Shown: piece after piece, positions 26,510 through 35,709 of the stretch
How the letters are laid out: every line of letters begins with the position of its first letter
Numbering within the stretch: the first letter of the stretch is position 1
Source: Microgenomates group bacterium Gr01-1014_5
GTDB lineage: Bacteria > Patescibacteriota > Microgenomatia > UBA8517 > UBA10165
Length of the DNA stretch: 64,000 nucleotides
Direction: 5' to 3'
Assembly: GCA_007376395.1 (NCBI GenBank)
Contig: VMGE01000001.1
Location: forward strand, 25,635 to 89,634
Position numbers and translations under genes: made by a program
Notes under the pieces: generated by a model
Databases searched by the model: none
The model's input: the letters and a program-made list of their open reading frames with translations, nothing else
Told to the model about the DNA's origin: nothing

Positions 26510-28327
26510 TTATAAATAAATTTCTCTTGGATCAGTAGTTAGTAGTGGATGTTCTTTATCTGAAGCTACAACTTTTAAGGCTACATGGTTTTGATCTGCA
26601 ATAATAATCGCTTCTCCTCTATCGCAGGTCAGAAGAAATTTTTGTTCGTACTCGCTTAATTTGAATTCATTAGCTACTTTTTCAATGGTGGTTGTATCTT
26701 GTTTCATTAAAACACGGACAGATGACTGGGAGGCGATAGCCCGGCCATACTCTTGGTTCAAAAAGTCATTTGCCTGTTGGGAGATGATGGTTACTCCCAG
26801 ATAATACTTTCTGGCACGTCTGACAAGCCCGGAAATGAATCTTGCGCTCTCTTCGTGCTGTAGAAGCATCCAACCCTCATCAATGACTAAAATACGCTTC
26901 TGAGGGCTTGATTTGACCTGTGCATGGACAAAGTTAGCAACTACCATCATCATTATCTGGCGAAGCGACTCATTAAGATCTTTAATATCAAAAATAACCA
27001 GTCTGTTATCCAATTCGATGTTGGTTTGTGAATCAAAAACTGATGAGAGTGAACCCTTAACAAACCGCTCCAAGCGGTTACACAGATCCTTCTGTTTTAA
27101 CTCTTTAAGTACTTTGTATAAATCTTTGAGTATTGGAAATTCTTTGTTCTTAGTTTTTTTGGTGCCACTCATGGTAAACCCAAAGTTCTTGTAAGTTTGA
27201 ATGATAGCCTTATCGATTACTGCCCGTTCCTCAGCGTTCAAGCCTCCGACCATAAGCGAGATAATCTCTGTTAAGTCCTGAATATGCTCTGCCAAATCAT
27301 TATCTTCACCAAGTGAGTTAATGGTAAAGTCAAAAGGATTGATCTTTTCTTTGGATTTTGCAGAAAGTTTAATGTAGGTTCCGTTTACAGAAGCCGCCAA
27401 CTGTTTATATTCTCTTTCCGGATCAACAACGATAACTTTCGTACCCTGCATAAGTTGTCTTAATATCTCAACTTTTGCGGTGTAGCTTTTACCGCTTCCG
27501 CTCTGGGCGAAGATAATCGAGTTTGCGTTGTTTAAACTAAACCTATCGATAATGACCAGAGAGTTATTGGATTTATTGATTCCATACAAGATACCGGATT
27601 CTTGAACCAATTCTGACGAAACAAAAGGGAAAGTGAGAGCGGCAGACGAGCTATCTAAATTTCTTTTTTGGTTTAACTGGTTTTCTGCCCTTGGAAGTAT
27701 AGATTGTAAACCCTCAAGTTGTTGGAAAGTAGCAATTTTAATATAGAAAAGCCTTGTAGACATGACAGTTTCCAAAAGTGTAGTAATTTTGTTTAAGTCT
27801 GCCAAAGAATCAGCAGTAATAGTCATATAAATTGACACTTGGAATAGTTTTTCCTGGCCTCTTTGAATTTTATCTTTCAACTCCATGGCCGATTCCAGCG
27901 GATCGGTAATTTCCGAGCCGATAACTTTTCCTTGCTTAAGCATGGTTCTTTTAGTTGACTCAAGCTCGGTAATTTTTCTATTAAGTTTAGGTAGCGCCAT
28001 TAGCGGATCAATCTGTTCAATATGATATGAGATATCAACATTGTGGTTGAAGTTAATTAACATATTTAGCCAACCAGTGGAGGCTACATAAGGATAGCCG
28101 GAGATAAATAGTGTTCGAACAAACTTATCACCCATTTGAAGGTAACTTGATGATTCTTCAAGTCCGGAATAAGAAATTAAGTCAAGCTGGTCTTGTTCAC
28201 CGAAATTAAACTGTAAAGACTTTTTAACAACCTCTTTTTTTGAAGGTTTTTTCTTTTTAGGCTTACTGAGATCAAACTTGGGAATATTAAATCTGTTTAT
28301 AAGTTGTAATCTAGGTGTTTTAAACAT
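26510..28327 (-). CDS. virB4: VirB4/TrbE/CagE-family conjugative T4SS ATPase
   Basis: TLFISGYPYVASTGWLNMLIN, Walker A AQSGSGKS, Walker B RILVIDEGWMLL. Confidence 0.85.
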   Translation of the reverse strand: MFKTPRLQLINRFNIPKFDLSKPKKKKPSKKEVVKKSLQFNFGEQDQLDLISYSGLEESSSYLQMGDKFVRTLFISGYPYVASTGWLNMLINFNHNVDISYHIEQIDPLMALPKLNRKITELESTKRTMLKQGKVIGSEITDPLESAMELKDKIQRGQEKLFQVSIYMTITADSLADLNKITTLLETVMSTRLFYIKIATFQQLEGLQSILPRAENQLNQKRNLDSSSAALTFPFVSSELVQESGILYGINKSNNSLVIIDRFSLNNANSIIFAQSGSGKSYTAKVEILRQLMQGTKVIVVDPEREYKQLAASVNGTYIKLSAKSKEKINPFDFTINSLGEDNDLAEHIQDLTEIISLMVGGLNAEERAVIDKAIIQTYKNFGFTMSGTKKTKNKEFPILKDLYKVLKELKQKDLCNRLERFVKGSLSSVFDSQTNIELDNRLVIFDIKDLNESLRQIMMMVVANFVHAQVKSSPQKRILVIDEGWMLLQHEESARFISGLVRRARKYYLGVTIISQQANDFLNQEYGRAIASQSSVRVLMKQDTTTIEKVANEFKLSEYEQKFLLTCDRGEAIIIADQNHVALKVVASDKEHPLLTTDPREIYL

Positions 28328-28940
28328 ATTGGTTCTCCAATAACATTTGAATAGTTTGTCCTTTTAACTCCTGAGTCTTAATTTGTGACGGATTGTAGAA
28401 GTTATAAAATAAATCAAGAAGCTCTAGGCTGTCTAAGACTCTGGCTTTCATTCCTAACCTCTCCAATCCTCTTTGTACAATGTCCCGGTTTAAATAAATC
28501 TGTTCTTTTATTAAGTTAAAGTCTTTATTCCTGTCTAAATGTTGATAAGGTATTACTACATAAAATCTTCTGGATAAGATTTTGTTTCCGGCAACAAGAT
28601 TTTTAATAAAATCGCAGTAATTATCTGTTTGTTCTTTATAAATCTTTTCTTTCTCATTTTTCTTACTTTGAGAGATAGCTTCTAAATACCTGTCAATATC
28701 AACTTCCCGAACCCTTATTAAAACCTGTAAAGCACACGGAAGAGAGTTAAGGAAGTTTTGGAAAGAATCAATTAAAACATCTTGTTCGGCTTCGCTTTTT
28801 AATTCAAAGTTAATAGAGGAAGTTTCAATAATTAACCTATATTGGTTATTTGGTAATACCAGAATTCCGTCGCGGACTTCTTTCATCTGAATTTGTCTGC
28901 GAGACGATACTCTACTTTTGGACTTGCCCAACAGAAACAT
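28320..28940 (-). CDS. T4SS-associated hypothetical protein (operonic, overlaps virB4 start)
   Basis: 206 aa, no TM helix; position conserved in Gram-positive T4SS clusters. Confidence 0.35.
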   Translation of the reverse strand: MFLLGKSKSRVSSRRQIQMKEVRDGILVLPNNQYRLIIETSSINFELKSEAEQDVLIDSFQNFLNSLPCALQVLIRVREVDIDRYLEAISQSKKNEKEKIYKEQTDNYCDFIKNLVAGNKILSRRFYVVIPYQHLDRNKDFNLIKEQIYLNRDIVQRGLERLGMKARVLDSLELLDLFYNFYNPSQIKTQELKGQTIQMLLENQYV

Positions 28941-29430
28941 TGAAGCCTCCTTTCTTGCCCGGTTTTAAGATAAATGAATATCTGGGGTCTCTTACAATAT
29001 TTTCGAACTTCACTAAATCACGGATCGCAAAAGCAGGTATTGGAGCTTTGTTTTCCAGCTTCGCTGGCGCTTTTTTAAATATTCTTCTTTGCCTTTTCTC
29101 AAAGACAGGAAGATCAAGAGTTCTTAAAGCAACTTCATTTTTGTTATACAGATAATACCGGGGTCTTAAGTTATACCGCAGAAGAATGACTAACCAATTC
29201 AAAACTACCTTCCCTTTAATTCTTAATGAGAGGAGTAAAGAAATAAGCAAGACCACAAGTACTATCGGAAACTTATATACCGCCAGATTCATTCGTGGAG
29301 GCAAGAATGCATAGGCAAATGTGGTGAAGAATACCGGAATCATAAGCAGAAGGATTTGTGTCAGGTTTAGATTTCCTGCGATTTTATCCTCAACTGTTGT
29401 AATTTGTGCCGGAATAACTGTTGTTCTCAT
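28912..29430 (-). CDS. VirB3-like small 2TM membrane protein
   Basis: Two hydrophobic helices near the N-terminus; overlapping-gene operon position between VirB6-like and VirB4. Confidence 0.35.
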   Translation of the reverse strand: MRTTVIPAQITTVEDKIAGNLNLTQILLLMIPVFFTTFAYAFLPPRMNLAVYKFPIVLVVLLISLLLSLRIKGKVVLNWLVILLRYNLRPRYYLYNKNEVALRTLDLPVFEKRQRRIFKKAPAKLENKAPIPAFAIRDLVKFENIVRDPRYSFILKPGKKGGFNVSVGQVQK

Positions 29431-30791
29431 GCGTGTACCACCTTTCTGGGAGTTTTAACTGCTCTTTGTGTAGCCTCTCTGGACTCTGAGGAATTGTTAC
29501 TGGTAGTCATAACATTCATAATCTGGCCACCAATATTTCTCATCATTCCCCGTCCGGTGTTGTACATAATAAGTTGCATCATAAAGCCCGGAGTTTTTAA
29601 GAGTGTAAAGAATAAACCAATTCCCACAGCAATAGAAATTAAGGAGTTATTGTTATTGCCAGGGATCGTTAAGAACGATGAGGCAAGTTGAATGATAACT
29701 ACATGGACAAAGACTGCAAAAACTGTGACTATGTAGCTTTTAATCGCAATCTCGGCAAAGTCAGCGGTTTTTGGTATTGCCATGAGGAGAAATATAAACG
29801 GAGACAATACCGCACCAAGTGAGATGGCAATTAGTCTGGTTATGTACATAAGGAGCAGAACAATTGAAACAATCAGAAATAGAATTAAAAAGATAAGCGT
29901 GATCAGTGGCGTTGTACCGGTAATAAAGGCAGTCGGATTAACGGCATTCAGTACCCATGCTTGGTTTAATCCTCCGGTTAAATCTAAGACTCCCTTAACT
30001 AAAGCGTTACAGGTGATAATCACATAGTCTGCTAAGAATAAGGATGTATTTGCTCCCAAGAAGCAAATGCCGATTCTAGGTAAAAGCTGTCTTAATTCAA
30101 CCTCTTCAAAACCGAATGTTGAGGCACTCATAAAGCGAAGACCTAAAAGCGCAACTACAACAACAAATAGCGAATCTACAATCCCTAAAGTAATCAGCCA
30201 GAAATTGAATACAACCGAGTTTGTCATTAAGTTTGGAGTAGTAGTCAGATAAGTCATAATCGCGTCCACTGTGGGCTTTGTAGCGCTTTCTACGATATTC
30301 TGCATAAAGCCTGTGACTGCATCTATTAAGACTTGAGTTAAACCGCCGGTAGGCTCTGCACTTTCAAGAGGGGTTAGAGCGACAGCACCAGTGTTTGTAT
30401 TTGCCGAAGGGTTTGTTAGGGCATTTTGAAATACCGAGATAATAGTTCCGGCGGCAAGGATTAACACCAGTCCAATCAAGGCATTCTTAATAGTTTTCTT
30501 AGCATTGTTTAAACTTTCAGGGTTTCCGGAAGAAGCAATATATAAATATCCACCCTTAATCAAAAAAAAGACCGCCGAAGCGGTCCCGATTAGGGTAATG
30601 ATTTGTAAAGTATCTCTAGTGTAGTTTGTAATTTCAGAACTTGTTGTGACTTGGGCGAACACAGGAGAAGCGTAAATAAAAGTTAATAGTATTCCAATAA
30701 ATCCACCTAAGATTCGACTCATATCTTTAGTTATTAAACGAGCAGATAGAGCAGAAAAATTAATTACCTCCGCCAAATGCACCGGTTGCAA
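29427..30791 (-). CDS. VirB6/TrbL-like polytopic membrane protein with N-terminal pilin-like module
   Basis: More than 6 TM segments. N-terminus GGYLYIASSGNPESLNNAKKTIKNALIGLVLILAAG duplicates the pilin motif of the adjacent VirB2-like gene. Confidence 0.5.
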   Translation of the reverse strand: MQPVHLAEVINFSALSARLITKDMSRILGGFIGILLTFIYASPVFAQVTTSSEITNYTRDTLQIITLIGTASAVFFLIKGGYLYIASSGNPESLNNAKKTIKNALIGLVLILAAGTIISVFQNALTNPSANTNTGAVALTPLESAEPTGGLTQVLIDAVTGFMQNIVESATKPTVDAIMTYLTTTPNLMTNSVVFNFWLITLGIVDSLFVVVVALLGLRFMSASTFGFEEVELRQLLPRIGICFLGANTSLFLADYVIITCNALVKGVLDLTGGLNQAWVLNAVNPTAFITGTTPLITLIFLILFLIVSIVLLLMYITRLIAISLGAVLSPFIFLLMAIPKTADFAEIAIKSYIVTVFAVFVHVVIIQLASSFLTIPGNNNNSLISIAVGIGLFFTLLKTPGFMMQLIMYNTGRGMMRNIGGQIMNVMTTSNNSSESREATQRAVKTPRKVVHA

Positions 30792-31092
30792 GTTGTGTCA
30801 CAATATTTGAAAACACAAATGCTCCCAAAACAATTGCCAGTCCGACAGCCGAATACAAAATAGTCTTTTTAGACCTATCTAATGATTCGGGATTACCGGA
30901 TGAAGTAATGTACCCATAACCTCCCCAGATAAAAAATCCTGTAGCAACTAAACCACCCAGAGTTGTTGCTATCTGAATAATGCTTTGAATGAAGGTCTGA
31001 ATTTTCGTTACATCAGCCGCTTGAGCATATACCGGAGAAGCAACAATTAGAGAAGTTAATAATGCCGATTGAAGAATAATTGCTTTTTTCAT
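30760..31092 (-). CDS. VirB2/TrbC-like T4SS pilin
   Basis: Signal peptide ...SPVYAQA, then two hydrophobic segments around GGYGYITSSGNPESLDRSKK. Confidence 0.5.
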   Translation of the reverse strand: MKKAIILQSALLTSLIVASPVYAQAADVTKIQTFIQSIIQIATTLGGLVATGFFIWGGYGYITSSGNPESLDRSKKTILYSAVGLAIVLGAFVFSNIVTQLATGAFGGGN

Positions 31093-31366
31093 ACTCTACC
31101 TCCTTTCCTTAAAAGTGGGCAGAGTTGACTTGACTTACTTTGAACTAGTTTATATCAGACAAGGGTTATGTTGTCAATGCAAGTAAATCTAATTGATTTG
31201 TGACTAAGGGTTGCACCCCTCTTTTTGCAAGGGTCAAGATGAACTCCTTGCAGTCGCCCTTGCAAAATTTCACCCCGCTTAAGCTTTCAGCATGTATCGG
31301 TAGCAGGCAGGCTGCTACCTAAAAATAAATTCTTTTAGGAAAGCAAAGAAAGGGGGTGAATATAAA

Positions 31367-31666
31367 ATGATGCTACTTACAAAACAGATACAGTCAAAAC
31401 TTCCTTCGTTATATTCTTGCGAGAACAAGAAAGATCCGATGGTAATAGTTAAATTCTTTGCTCCATGGAATGACTGGACATGGTACGGGATAGAGTTTGA
31501 CGGCCAGGATAGGTTCTTTGGATATGTTGTGGGACATGAGAAGGAGTTGGGTTACTTCTCTCTGTCAGAATTAAACTGGATAGAGGGACCTTACGGATTA
31601 AAGATTGAGCGCGATATGTATTTTGAGCCTCAACCTCTATCAGAGATTAAAAAACTTCACGAATAA
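31367..31666 (+). CDS. DUF2958-family protein (conjugative-element associated)
   Basis: DPMVIVKFFAPWNDWTWYGIEFDGQDRFFGYVVGHEKELGYFSLSEL matches the DUF2958 pattern as remembered. Confidence 0.55.
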   Translation: MMLLTKQIQSKLPSLYSCENKKDPMVIVKFFAPWNDWTWYGIEFDGQDRFFGYVVGHEKELGYFSLSELNWIEGPYGLKIERDMYFEPQPLSEIKKLHE

Positions 31667-31673
31667 GTTTTAT

Positions 31674-31708
31674 CCTGCCGTTACCTAAAAAGTAGCGGCA
31701 GGTTTTAT
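31674..31708. terminator. bidirectional rho-independent terminator
   Basis: cctgccg-ttacctaaaaagtag-cggcagg + ttttatt, between convergent genes. Confidence 0.55.
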
Positions 31709-32472
31709 TCTGATTCTACTTTTTGCCAAATATTCTGACCCTTTTTACTAAACCGGATAGTGTCCTGGGTAGTTAGAAATATCGGTATATCTTCAAATGT
31801 TTTTTTCAATTTTGCTTTACCATAATGGGAAACAAAAGCTCTTCTTCTTTCATTAGCCATAACAAAGAATATTGAAGGCAAGGGACTGTTATTAGTACTT
31901 GCTTCCCAACTACCATCTTGGAAATAGTTTATATATTTTCTAACAGAGTATCTGATAATCCCAGTCTTATTCCTGTACTCATCAAACAACTCAAGAAAAT
32001 ATCTTTTAGTAACCCCATTTGTTTCAACTGCAATATATGCATCTAAATCTTTTGGGAGATAATCAAAATTTTCTAAATCTTGTTGTGTACAAAAAGCCAT
32101 CTTAGACTTTTTATCTTTTTGGGATAAAAAGAAGAGGTAGGTGTCTGCTAAAAACAACCAATGATTCTTAAATATCTCAGAACGACTTCTTTCTTTGTAG
32201 ATTCTGTTTAAGAAATCCTCACTGGTATTTTCTTTTAGAATTTGTCTTGATTTTGATGCAAGGCAATAGATATATGGTTTGGTAATGTCTTTAGAATCTA
32301 CAACAGCGGTTATATATTTTTTCTTCCGTAAATCTTTGAGCCATTCTTTTATTCGTTTGTTGTCTTTATGGTTGAAGTATTTTTGAAGTTGTATTGTTTT
32401 TGTAAAGCGGAATTTGAGTAGAAAGAGAATGATTTGTTTTTGTGATTTAGTAATAGGCGGTAATGTTTTCAT
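31705..32472 (-). CDS. replication-relaxation (Replic_Relax) family wHTH protein
   Basis: N-terminal LTKSQKQIILFLLKFRFTKTIQLQKYF...WLKDLRKKKYI pattern; plasmid/ICE context. Confidence 0.45.
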   Translation of the reverse strand: MKTLPPITKSQKQIILFLLKFRFTKTIQLQKYFNHKDNKRIKEWLKDLRKKKYITAVVDSKDITKPYIYCLASKSRQILKENTSEDFLNRIYKERSRSEIFKNHWLFLADTYLFFLSQKDKKSKMAFCTQQDLENFDYLPKDLDAYIAVETNGVTKRYFLELFDEYRNKTGIIRYSVRKYINYFQDGSWEASTNNSPLPSIFFVMANERRRAFVSHYGKAKLKKTFEDIPIFLTTQDTIRFSKKGQNIWQKVESE

Positions 32473-32651
32473 TTAAGTTAGTTAATAGTATGGAGCAGAG
32501 AGCAGAAGGTTTAGGCAGAAGTTAGTTTATATATCCTTGTTTGGATTATATTACATCCCCTTATATTTATATAAGTATAAAGAGTCTGTGTTTTTTCTTG
32601 GTTTAGCTTCATTATTATACTTATTTCTGTCCCTACATGTGGGGACATTTT

Positions 32652-35207
32652 TTAGAATACTTTACTTTCAGGAAATAGCACATCACCCACACTATTATTC
32701 GTCCGATTTACACTTTCTGTTTCTTTGACTTCAGTAATTTTATTACTTACTTGTTGACTAACTTTTTGATATTTTATAGCCCAGTTTTTTCGGGAAGCCT
32801 CTATCAATTTGTCTATCTTTTTACTATCTCTTTTAAGAGGTGTGTAGATTGTTTCACCAGAGAAAGGTTCTTCCGGTTCAACCGCTGATACTTTAATGTA
32901 GAAACTATATTTGGGGAGATTAGAAATATCTCCTCTGTCTATATATGGCGCGAACTGATTTAACATCAACTCTTCATCTATATAGTTAGCGCTTCTAAAA
33001 CAGACAACGGTTGTTACGTTTGCCAAGATAACATTAACTATATTTCTATCATCTTGTTGTGAGGCGGATTGTTCAGCGATTGTAACCCTTAATTTATATT
33101 TTCTTCCCTCAGATAACATCTTAGTAAATGAGTGGGTGGCAAAGTTTTGGAATTCGTCTACATATAGATAAAATGGTTTTCTTTTGCTTTCGGAAATATT
33201 AGAACGTTTTAGTGCGGCTTGTTGTATTTTGGTCATAATAGTTGTTCCCAATAATCTTGAAGTGTCTTCACCTAATTTTCCTTGAGAAAGATTACAGATA
33301 ATAATTTTCCCAGAGTCCATTAATTCGCCAAAGTTAACAGTAGATTTTGGTTGTTCTAAAATTCTCTTTGCAGTTGGAGAAAACAAGAAACGTCCAATCT
33401 TTGCGGTAACTCCGCCAACCATTTTAACCACCTGATAATCACCAGCTCTACCAAACTCATACTTCCAAAAGTTTTTTAAGTTTTCATCTTTTAATTTAGC
33501 TAAAACCTGTTTTTGAAAAGGTGGGTTATTTAAAAGGTCATATACAGTAAAGATTGTTCTACCCTCTACAGTAAAAGCAGTGTAGATAGCGTTTCTTAAG
33601 ACATACTCAATTCTATGGGCGTTTACATATTCTTCTTTGGAAAATACTTTTCTGAATAAAGATATGACACCTTCGGCAACAACTTCTTTTTCTAACTCTG
33701 CTTCGTCCTCATCTAATCCGGGTGTTAACTCTAAGATATTTATTCCTATTGGAAACTTCAAATCAATTGGGTTAATGAATACCAAATCATTCAATCTCTT
33801 TTCAGGGATAACAGCAATCAAATCATCTGCAGCGTCTCCATGGGGGTCAAGAAAAGCCATACCTCTGCCTTGTTCAATATCATGCTTTGCCATCGAAAAC
33901 ATCATTGTTGTTTTACCAGAACCCGTGCGTCCAATAATGTACATGTGGGTTTCGCGCTCCTCTTCGGTTAAGCCTATATCTGTGATAGCGCCCCCATAAT
34001 TGTTTTTACCAAAGACCACATCATATTTATTACCTTTCTTCAAGGAGAGTGGCGCAGGGAGAGTTTTGCTATGTGACTTAACTAAATTTTCTGTATTCGT
34101 GGAACTGGTGTAGGGAAAATGATAAATACTGGAGATTTCAGAAATTGATAACACCGATGTTTTTGTCAAAGATAACACTCTTTTCTTAAAAGTATAAAAA
34201 GAGAAGTCTTTTAGCTTATCTATATTCAAAACTCTTTTAGTACCTAAAGACTGGTATCCGGTAGAAGAAAAAGTTGAGAAAGAAGACTTAAATCCTTGAA
34301 TTCTTTCTGATAAATCATCTTTATCGTTAAAAGACATAAGAAGTCTAATCGTTGTTTCAAACAAGGGTTGATTTATCTTTGAATCTATCGAGGCTACAAT
34401 ATCCATCTCGGAAGGAGATTTTGTTTTTGGCGCTCTATATGAATTGTAAAATAGCCATTTCAATAAAAATGTTGGAGTTTTTAGATACTTAATAACATCC
34501 CCATTAGCAGAGATGAGTTTTGCAATCTTTTTTGCACCTTTGCTATTGGCAGGAGAAACAACTAATTGAAGTGAGATTAATTCACCCGGAGCAAGTTTAG
34601 TCATCTGTCCGGTAAGGTAGGCAATCGGGTCATGCTTATCTAATTCACTTTGTCTTTTAAGGGAAAAGGCAAAATGCTTGGATAACTTAAATTCGATAAT
34701 CTTATAAAAGTGTTTTTTAAGAGTGCTTTTATCCTCTGGCAAATATTCACTTACTGTTTTAACGCGTAAATTAGGAAGGTAAGATAATAAATTCTTCTTT
34801 AATGTGTTTACCTGTTTAGGCGAAGTTCTTATTAAATATCTAATTCCTTGATTTTGAGTTGACACTATCTCAAGAGAAAATCTGGTTTTGTTACCAAACA
34901 ACCAATCCTTAAATGACGTCTGGTTTCCAAGTGCATGGATGATAGAAAAAAGTTGATCGGTTGTATAGGACATTTTTTCGGTAAAAGAGGGTGGGGTTAG
35001 CTCAAGTAGCATTGATGGCTCGCCTAACGACCTGCTAATGGCTAAAATCTTACGGATTATAAGCAGTAAAAAACCAGACAAGATAAGAAGAGCAACCGGA
35101 ATAATTAGGTTCTGAAAAGAAGCAAGAGAACTACCTTGAGGTTGACGGACGATTGAGACTAATTGATTTAGTAAATATCCGAACTCTAATTTATGAAGGT
35201 CGTTCAT
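32652..35207 (-). CDS. virD4: VirD4/TraG-like type IV coupling protein (T4CP)
   Basis: N-terminal TM anchor, Walker A IIGRTGSGKTTMM, ..DPHGD.., Walker B YLYVDEFQNF. Confidence 0.75.
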   Translation of the reverse strand: MNDLHKLEFGYLLNQLVSIVRQPQGSSLASFQNLIIPVALLILSGFLLLIIRKILAISRSLGEPSMLLELTPPSFTEKMSYTTDQLFSIIHALGNQTSFKDWLFGNKTRFSLEIVSTQNQGIRYLIRTSPKQVNTLKKNLLSYLPNLRVKTVSEYLPEDKSTLKKHFYKIIEFKLSKHFAFSLKRQSELDKHDPIAYLTGQMTKLAPGELISLQLVVSPANSKGAKKIAKLISANGDVIKYLKTPTFLLKWLFYNSYRAPKTKSPSEMDIVASIDSKINQPLFETTIRLLMSFNDKDDLSERIQGFKSSFSTFSSTGYQSLGTKRVLNIDKLKDFSFYTFKKRVLSLTKTSVLSISEISSIYHFPYTSSTNTENLVKSHSKTLPAPLSLKKGNKYDVVFGKNNYGGAITDIGLTEEERETHMYIIGRTGSGKTTMMFSMAKHDIEQGRGMAFLDPHGDAADDLIAVIPEKRLNDLVFINPIDLKFPIGINILELTPGLDEDEAELEKEVVAEGVISLFRKVFSKEEYVNAHRIEYVLRNAIYTAFTVEGRTIFTVYDLLNNPPFQKQVLAKLKDENLKNFWKYEFGRAGDYQVVKMVGGVTAKIGRFLFSPTAKRILEQPKSTVNFGELMDSGKIIICNLSQGKLGEDTSRLLGTTIMTKIQQAALKRSNISESKRKPFYLYVDEFQNFATHSFTKMLSEGRKYKLRVTIAEQSASQQDDRNIVNVILANVTTVVCFRSANYIDEELMLNQFAPYIDRGDISNLPKYSFYIKVSAVEPEEPFSGETIYTPLKRDSKKIDKLIEASRKNWAIKYQKVSQQVSNKITEVKETESVNRTNNSVGDVLFPESKVF

Positions 35208-35281
35208 TTCATACCCTTTCGGGCAGAAACTATAACAGAGTATATCACATATTAGAATTACTTTTTATGCCTGATTGCCCC

Positions 35282-35326
35282 TTGACAACTATCTTTATTT
35301 GGATATATACTATCCATATATGGATA
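35282..35326 (+). promoter_or_regulatory. sigma70-like promoter (TTGACA-17-ATATAC) with perfect 16-bp palindrome TATCCATATATGGATA at the start site; candidate operator or recombinase site
   Basis: ttgaca 35282-35287; palindrome 35311-35326; ATG of the 117-aa gene at 35356. Confidence 0.45.
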
Positions 35327-35355
35327 GATACTAGGTTCAGGATGAGGCTACTATT

Positions 35356-35709
35356 ATGCAAGGTATAGAACAACAATTATTGATAAGGGAAGAGAGAATA
35401 GTCACTCCATTAGTTGAAGTTTTAGACACAGTTAATCCACTCACGCCTCCTAAAAATACAGTTTCTATTTCTCCTACACTTCGTCAATCCTTAGATGAGT
35501 TGTTTCCAGAACAGCAATATGACGAGAAGGATATCCAAAAAGCAAAAGAGACTCTTGGAAAAATAGCTGATGAATTCACTGAAATTGAGCTCAAAGGAGT
35601 AATTGCCGAGGTGCAATTCTTGGCTGAAAGTTGGTTAGATGATTTTGAGAGAACGATTTTTAAAGGTATGACTCTAAAAGAGTTACTTCATGAGAAAGGT
35701 GGCGTATGA
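35356..35709 (+). CDS. hypothetical protein translationally coupled to the serine recombinase (possible accessory/directionality factor)
   Basis: Stop overlaps the recombinase ATG (35706). Confidence 0.35.
   Translation: MQGIEQQLLIREERIVTPLVEVLDTVNPLTPPKNTVSISPTLRQSLDELFPEQQYDEKDIQKAKETLGKIADEFTEIELKGVIAEVQFLAESWLDDFERTIFKGMTLKELLHEKGGV

Noticed and set aside
26913-27194. 93-aa + strand ORF
   Set aside because: Antisense inside virB4.
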